From: a plasmid
Direction: 5' to 3' (one strand)
Length of the DNA stretch: 64,000 nt
Sequence record: NZ_CP035506.1
Made by a program: the position numbers and the translations under genes. This document shows positions 59,540 to 64,000 of this stretch, in pieces. The notes beneath the pieces are model-generated. The model searched no databases. It saw only the letters and a list, made by a program, of their open reading frames with translations, and was not told the DNA's origin. The stretch's first letter is position 1; each line of letters opens with the position of its first letter.

Positions 59540-60405
59540 AATCCGGGTCACACCTGTCCGGGGAGCGGCTTCTTCCTGCATGGGTCGGAAAATCCCCGTA
59601 GAGGTCGCCAGCCTGCTCCTGTTGCGGGCCAAGGGACAGGGAACAGGGGACGATCCCACCCTTCCCCTTCGGCGCCAGCCCACCCGCCGTTTGCCGAGCC
59701 GATCCACACCTTCAGCCCGCTTCCGATGAACATGGCGTCGTCGCCAGCGCCGCTGGTTCGCTCAGAGCCGTGGCGGCGCCCTGAAACGCCGCCCCTTCGG
59801 CAGAGCGCCTCCACCCCGGCAGCGGCGGCGGCCCCATTGCCAATGCATTGCGATGCGGTGCGGCATGTGGAACCGCTGCGCCAGCGGACAGAAGGGCCCA
59901 TGCCGGCGCCTTTCCGCCCCGCGGAAAGGCTGGCATTTCGGGCGACAGGCCGGAATGGGGCGATCACGCTCCGCCCGATCAGCGGCGCCGGGCCACGCAT
60001 CGCAGCCCTTCTGGCGGATGACATCGACCTGACCGAAGCCCCGCCGGTGCAGGAAGGCGACCTTGGGCAGCCAGCGCAGGGGCTGTGGCAAAGGGGCCGC
60101 GCGGCAGCTCGCTATCCGCATGGCCTCCGGCGGACGACCGGGACTCATGCTGCGGGAGGAGCAGGCCCTTGGCGTCTCGGTGAGTAAGTTTATCGGTAGA
60201 AATGGTAGAAATGATGGCGATGACGGGGATCGACCCGCTCCCGCGACAGCCTTGCATGCTCATCGGATAGGGCAGCTTGCTGGCGAAAGGCCGTGAAAGG
60301 CAGAAAGCAAGACTGCAGGTCAGGGAAACATCATGACTCGCAGGATCCGCAACAGGACGGGGTTCAAACGTGGATTCCCCTGCCGCCCACCCCTTCTGAG
60401 GCCAT

Positions 60406-60612
60406 TCAGGCCCTGCCCTGTTCCCCCTTCTGGAGACCTGCTGCCGGCCGTGACCGGGCGAGAAGGCTTCTCAGAACTCCCGGCAGCCGTTCCTGCAACT
60501 CGCCGAAACTATGGGCGGAGAGCCTGAGACCGGCGATATCGCCGGAGGTGGCCGTCCAGACTCCGGCGGCATCGTTCCAGCGGGTACTGACGGTAATCTT
60601 CGGCTGTGGCAT
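60406..60612 (-). CDS. DUF1902-like small protein (HicB-antitoxin N-terminal-like domain). It is an orphan.
   Basis: MPQPKITVSTRWNDAAGVWTATSGDIAGLRLSAHSFGELQERLPGVLRSLL resembles the DUF1902 consensus (...WDEEAGVWVATSDDIPGL...TLEEL..). No HicA-like partner was found in any adjacent frame. Confidence 0.35.
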   Translation of the reverse strand: MPQPKITVSTRWNDAAGVWTATSGDIAGLRLSAHSFGELQERLPGVLRSLLARSRPAAGLQKGEQGRA

Positions 60613-61072
60613 TCCAGTCCTCTCGATCATCTTCTGTTCCTCAATCTCCGCACCCCCTGCCGGGTTCCCGCGTCTTTTGCGTCTGCGGCGATGGGGCGCG
60701 GCGCCTGATTGCTGTGATGTGGTTGCTGGGGTGGCCCGTCTGCGACCGGCCTGCAGTACTCAGGCCCGCAGTAATCGGCCCGCAGTACTCAGGCCCGGAG
60801 CAATCGGCGCTGGACACCCGGCCTGAGCATCCGGCCTAAACACCTGACCCCGAACACCTTGGACACTTGGCCCGGATTTGGTCGCCTTCGTGCCCATTTA
60901 GCGCGCACCGCCCGCCAAAGAGGCACAGGAAGAAGACAAATATCTCACCTTGTGTGACAAAGCGACACATGACACTCCCTTCGTTATGTGCCGAAGGCCC
61001 TTTGGCGGGCGCATCGGTTGCCTAGGGCAGGTGCGCCGATTATGGGGGCCTCATTGTAACAAGGGAGTGAGG

Positions 61073-62329
61073 ATGACCCAGCAATCCCAACAGGCCGCCG
61101 AGCCGAAGTGGAGCATCGTCGGGCCTGGGCTCGTCGTGGCCGCGACCGGCGTCGGGGCGGCCGACCTTATCGCCACCACTGTCGCAGGCAGCAAATACGG
61201 CTATGCCCTGCTGTGGTCGGTGATCGCAGGCTGCATCATGAAGGTGATCCTGGTGGAGGGCGCTGGTCGCTATACTCTCGCCACGGGCAACACGATCTTC
61301 GAAGGCTGGTCGAGCCTTGGCAAATGGACCAGCTGGTATTTCGGTCCCTATATCGTCATCTGGGGCTTCGTCTATGGCGCCGCCGCCATGGCGGGCACGG
61401 GACTTGCGCTCTATTCGCTGTTCCCCTTCTTCAGCGTCGCCGTCTGGGGCATCATCTCGGGGCTGCTGGGCATGGCGCTCGTCTGGTCGGGCAAATACGA
61501 CCTGTTCGAGAAGGTGCTGACCGTGATGGTCATCCTGATGTTCATCTCGATGGTCGCCGCCGCCGCCTTTACCGTACCGAACCTCGGAGAGATCGTGCGG
61601 GGGCTCGTCCCCCATATCCCCGAAGGCGCGATGATCAACGTGCTCTCCGTCGCGGGCGGCGTGGGCGGCACGATCACGCTTGCCGCCTATGGCTACTGGT
61701 TGCGGGAAAAGGGCTGGGACACGCCGCGCTACATGAAGGTCATGCAGATCGACAACGGCGTCGCCTATCTGGTGACCGGCATCTTCGTCGTGGCGACACT
61801 GATCGTGGGCGCGGAGCTGCTTTACTCGGCCAATATCGCCATCGGTGGCGGCGATCAGGGGATGGTGGACCTCGCCACCGTGCTGGGCGAACGCTATGGC
61901 ACCTGGATGAGCAAGCTGTTCCTGATCGGCTTCTGGTCGGCGGCCATGTCCTCTCTCGTCGGGGTGTGGAACGGGGTGAGCCTGATGTTCGCGGACTTCC
62001 TCGGCCATGTGCAGGGCAAGCCGCATAACGACCCCGACCGGCTCGCGGGCGGGCGGTATTACAAGTTCTACATCGTCTGGCTGACGATCCCGCCCATGGT
62101 GATGCTGTTCCTGGGCCAGCCGGTCTATCTGATCCTGGCCTATGGGGTGCTCGGCGCGCTGTTCATGCCCTTCATGTCGGTGACGCTGCTGTGGATCCTG
62201 AATACCGACCGCGTGCCGAAGCAATGGCGCAACGGGCTGTTCACCAACATCATGCTGCTGCTCTGCACGCTGGCCTTCGCCGCTCTCGCGGTGGATCAGC
62301 TCCGCGGCGCGATCATGCGGGTGTTCTGA
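61073..62329 (+). CDS. Nramp-family membrane transporter homolog with a divergent metal-binding motif.
   Basis: RBS aaGGGAGtgaggATG. GPGLVVAATGVGAADLIATTVAGSKYGYALLW aligns to the Nramp TM1 region, but the canonical DPGN is replaced by GVGAAD. About 11 TM helices. Confidence 0.65.
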   Translation: MTQQSQQAAEPKWSIVGPGLVVAATGVGAADLIATTVAGSKYGYALLWSVIAGCIMKVILVEGAGRYTLATGNTIFEGWSSLGKWTSWYFGPYIVIWGFVYGAAAMAGTGLALYSLFPFFSVAVWGIISGLLGMALVWSGKYDLFEKVLTVMVILMFISMVAAAAFTVPNLGEIVRGLVPHIPEGAMINVLSVAGGVGGTITLAAYGYWLREKGWDTPRYMKVMQIDNGVAYLVTGIFVVATLIVGAELLYSANIAIGGGDQGMVDLATVLGERYGTWMSKLFLIGFWSAAMSSLVGVWNGVSLMFADFLGHVQGKPHNDPDRLAGGRYYKFYIVWLTIPPMVMLFLGQPVYLILAYGVLGALFMPFMSVTLLWILNTDRVPKQWRNGLFTNIMLLLCTLAFAALAVDQLRGAIMRVF

Positions 62330-62346
62330 GCTGCCCTGAAAACCGG

Positions 62347-62378
62347 AAAAGCCCCGCCTTTGCGCGGGGCTTTTTCAT
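62347..62378 (+). terminator. Rho-independent terminator after the Nramp-like gene.
   Basis: Stem GCCCCGC, loop ctttgc, stem GCGGGGC, followed by TTTTT. Confidence 0.6.
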
Positions 62379-62438
62379 TTGGGGCTTCTCCTTTCAGGCA
62401 GAGGTCGGGCATGGTCAGCCCCCGGCATGAGGGAAACC

Positions 62439-63170
62439 ATGGCCCAGAACATCTACGACACCCCCGATTTCTTTGCCGGCTACAGCCAGCTTCCGCGCCA
62501 GGTTCTGGGGCTGGCAGGCGCGCCGGAATGGGACGCCATCCGCGCCCTGCTGCCGGATGTGAGGGGCGCGCGCGTGGCTGATCTGGGCTGTGGCTTCGGC
62601 TGGGCCTCCCGCTGGTTCCGGGCCGGGGGCGCCGCCTCGGTTCTGGGGTATGATCTGTCGGAGAACATGATTGCACAGGCGCGGGCCAGGACCGATGATC
62701 CGGCCATAGAGTACCGCATCGCTGATCTGGAAGGGCTCACCCTGCCCGCGAGTGCCTTCGATCTGGTCTACAGCGCGCTCACCTTCCATTACATCGTCGA
62801 CTTCTCCCGGCTGGCCGACATGATCCATCGGGCGCTGGTGCCGGGGGGCAGCCTGGTCTTCACCATCGAACATCCGGTCTACATGGCCGCGGCGCATCCC
62901 GGCTGGACGGAGGATGAGGACGGCCGCCCGACCTGGCCCGTCAACGGCTATGCCGATGAGGGGGAGCGGCGCACCGACTGGTTCGCACCCGGAGTGGTCA
63001 AGCAGCACCGTAAGCTCGCCACGACGCTCAACACGCTGATCGCGGGCGGTTTCGATCTGCTGCGGCTGGACGAATTCGCCCCGACCAGGGCACAGGTCGC
63101 CGCCATGCCGGAACTTGCGGTGGAGCGGGAGCGGCCGATGATCCTGCTCGTCGCCGCCCGGAAGCGCTGA
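62439..63170 (+). CDS. Class I SAM-dependent methyltransferase (Methyltransf_11/25-like).
   Basis: SAM-binding motif VADLGCGFGWASRWF (motif I) and later LVPGGSLVF. Start taken at the ATG at 62439, with GAGGGAAA 5 nt upstream. An alternative ATG is at 62427. Confidence 0.7.
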   Translation: MAQNIYDTPDFFAGYSQLPRQVLGLAGAPEWDAIRALLPDVRGARVADLGCGFGWASRWFRAGGAASVLGYDLSENMIAQARARTDDPAIEYRIADLEGLTLPASAFDLVYSALTFHYIVDFSRLADMIHRALVPGGSLVFTIEHPVYMAAAHPGWTEDEDGRPTWPVNGYADEGERRTDWFAPGVVKQHRKLATTLNTLIAGGFDLLRLDEFAPTRAQVAAMPELAVERERPMILLVAARKR

Positions 63171-63452
63171 GATATCGGGATCGGCACTGTAGGGGCCATC
63201 AGGCGCCGTCAGGGCGCGGGCATGGACCATTGACGGATTTCCGTTTTCTTCCAGCCATACTTTCTGTGATCACAGTAAGGGAGATGCGGCAAAGTCAATC
63301 GTGACTATCGGAAAATGTATGTGCGTTGGTGCACATATCATGTGTAATTACGGCACTTATCTACTTTTATGTTTGAGCCTATATCAGTGCCGTAGCCGAT
63401 GGAAAGATCGGTGGACCGCAAGAGTGAAACTGCAAGACGGTCCAAACGAAGG

Positions 63453-63731
63453 ATGAAAGAGATGTTTGCCAAATCCATGCTCGCCGTTGCTCTTCTGGGT
63501 CTTGCCGCTCCCGTCATGGCGCAGGGCGTCAATCCCGGCAAAGCCCAGCTTGCCCAGCAACTCGGTGTGAACCCCACGGAATTCAGCCTGAACGAGCTGG
63601 TCCAGCTCGACAATGCGAAACGCAACAATGACCATGAGCGGATCAACCTGATCCTCAGCCATGATGCGATGGTCACCCGCGGTGCCAACACCCCTACCGC
63701 GCTGATCGTACCGGATTACGTTGACGACTGA
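63453..63731 (+). CDS. Small secreted hypothetical protein.
   Basis: Signal peptide MKEMFAKSMLAVALLGLAAPVMA|QG. The mature part is about 65 aa with no recognisable domain. The second ATG at 63462 has a better SD spacing. Confidence 0.4.
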   Translation: MKEMFAKSMLAVALLGLAAPVMAQGVNPGKAQLAQQLGVNPTEFSLNELVQLDNAKRNNDHERINLILSHDAMVTRGANTPTALIVPDYVDD

Positions 63732-64000
63732 TCCCCCGGATCACTGCACCACTCGCACAGGGCACGCCATTCGCGTGCCCTTTTGCTTTGCCGCCTGTGT
63801 GCCGATCCCGGGCAAGCAGGCACGCGACGGGGGCTTTTCCGCCATCGCCGCCCGGTGCGGCTTTCCGGGATATTTCCGGCGTTCCGCTCACCTTTCGGTG
63901 CTGCGGAACGCCGCAAGCCCGCCCCCAGCCTCATCAAAGAGAATAAGGGCCTGACCGGTGGGATCTATCTGCCAGCGCCGCGCCGCTTCGAGCGCCTGGA

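Noticed and set aside
59726-60187. 153-aa plus-strand ORF and the overlapping minus-strand ORF 59548-60024.
   Set aside because: Neither has a recognisable domain, an RBS, or protein-like composition (both are A/P/R/G-rich). The region is treated as non-coding or decayed.
60180-60405. A HicA toxin partner for the DUF1902/HicB-like ORF.
   Set aside because: All three minus-strand frames downstream give short or nonsense peptides. No HicA-like (double-stranded-RNA-binding fold, GSH motif) ORF is present on either side.

Overview
This is a high-GC bacterial window, probably from an alphaproteobacterium (VPLPA-CTERM sorting signals are typical of Rhodobacterales), and it is almost entirely a composite surface-polysaccharide (EPS/CPS) island. 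Two Wzx/Wzy-type pathways are interleaved. Cluster A (about 1-25.5 kb) has two acyltransferase-3 genes, a hexapeptide acetyltransferase, a Wzx flippase, a pyruvyl transferase paired with an FrhB-like Fe-S protein, two GT2 glycosyltransferases, an O-antigen-ligase/Wzy-like protein, and a PrtD/HlyD type I secretion pair. It also carries a complete PEP-CTERM/exosortase-style module: a split Wzz and BY-kinase, an ExeA-like ATPase, a short priming sugar transferase, a TPR lipoprotein, a small Wza-like exporter, a putative OM beta-barrel, and an exosortase fused to an EpsI domain. The exosortase's cognate VPLPA-CTERM substrate gene (30475-31026) is now separated from it by an IS5-family element that is itself split by a Tn3-family transposon (tnpA/tnpR, 38-bp IRs, 5-bp target duplication). 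A rhomboid protease gene follows the substrate gene. Cluster B (31.9-53.9 kb) encodes galE, a second Wza/Wzb/Wzc set whose Wzc carries three homopolymer frameshifts, a WecA-like priming transferase, GT4/GT2 transferases, an EpsG-type polymerase, gmd and fcl (GDP-fucose), a second flippase, a frameshifted right-handed beta-helix (pectate-lyase-superfamily) protein, and a second pyruvyl transferase of lower GC. The 3' end holds housekeeping transporters (aqpZ with a second intact IS5 copy 69 bp upstream, a ClC channel, an Nramp-family homolog with a divergent metal site), a methyltransferase, and several small or uncertain ORFs. Many long track ORFs are antisense artefacts of high GC and are rejected. 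All calls rest on motif and architecture recognition by eye; no database search was run.
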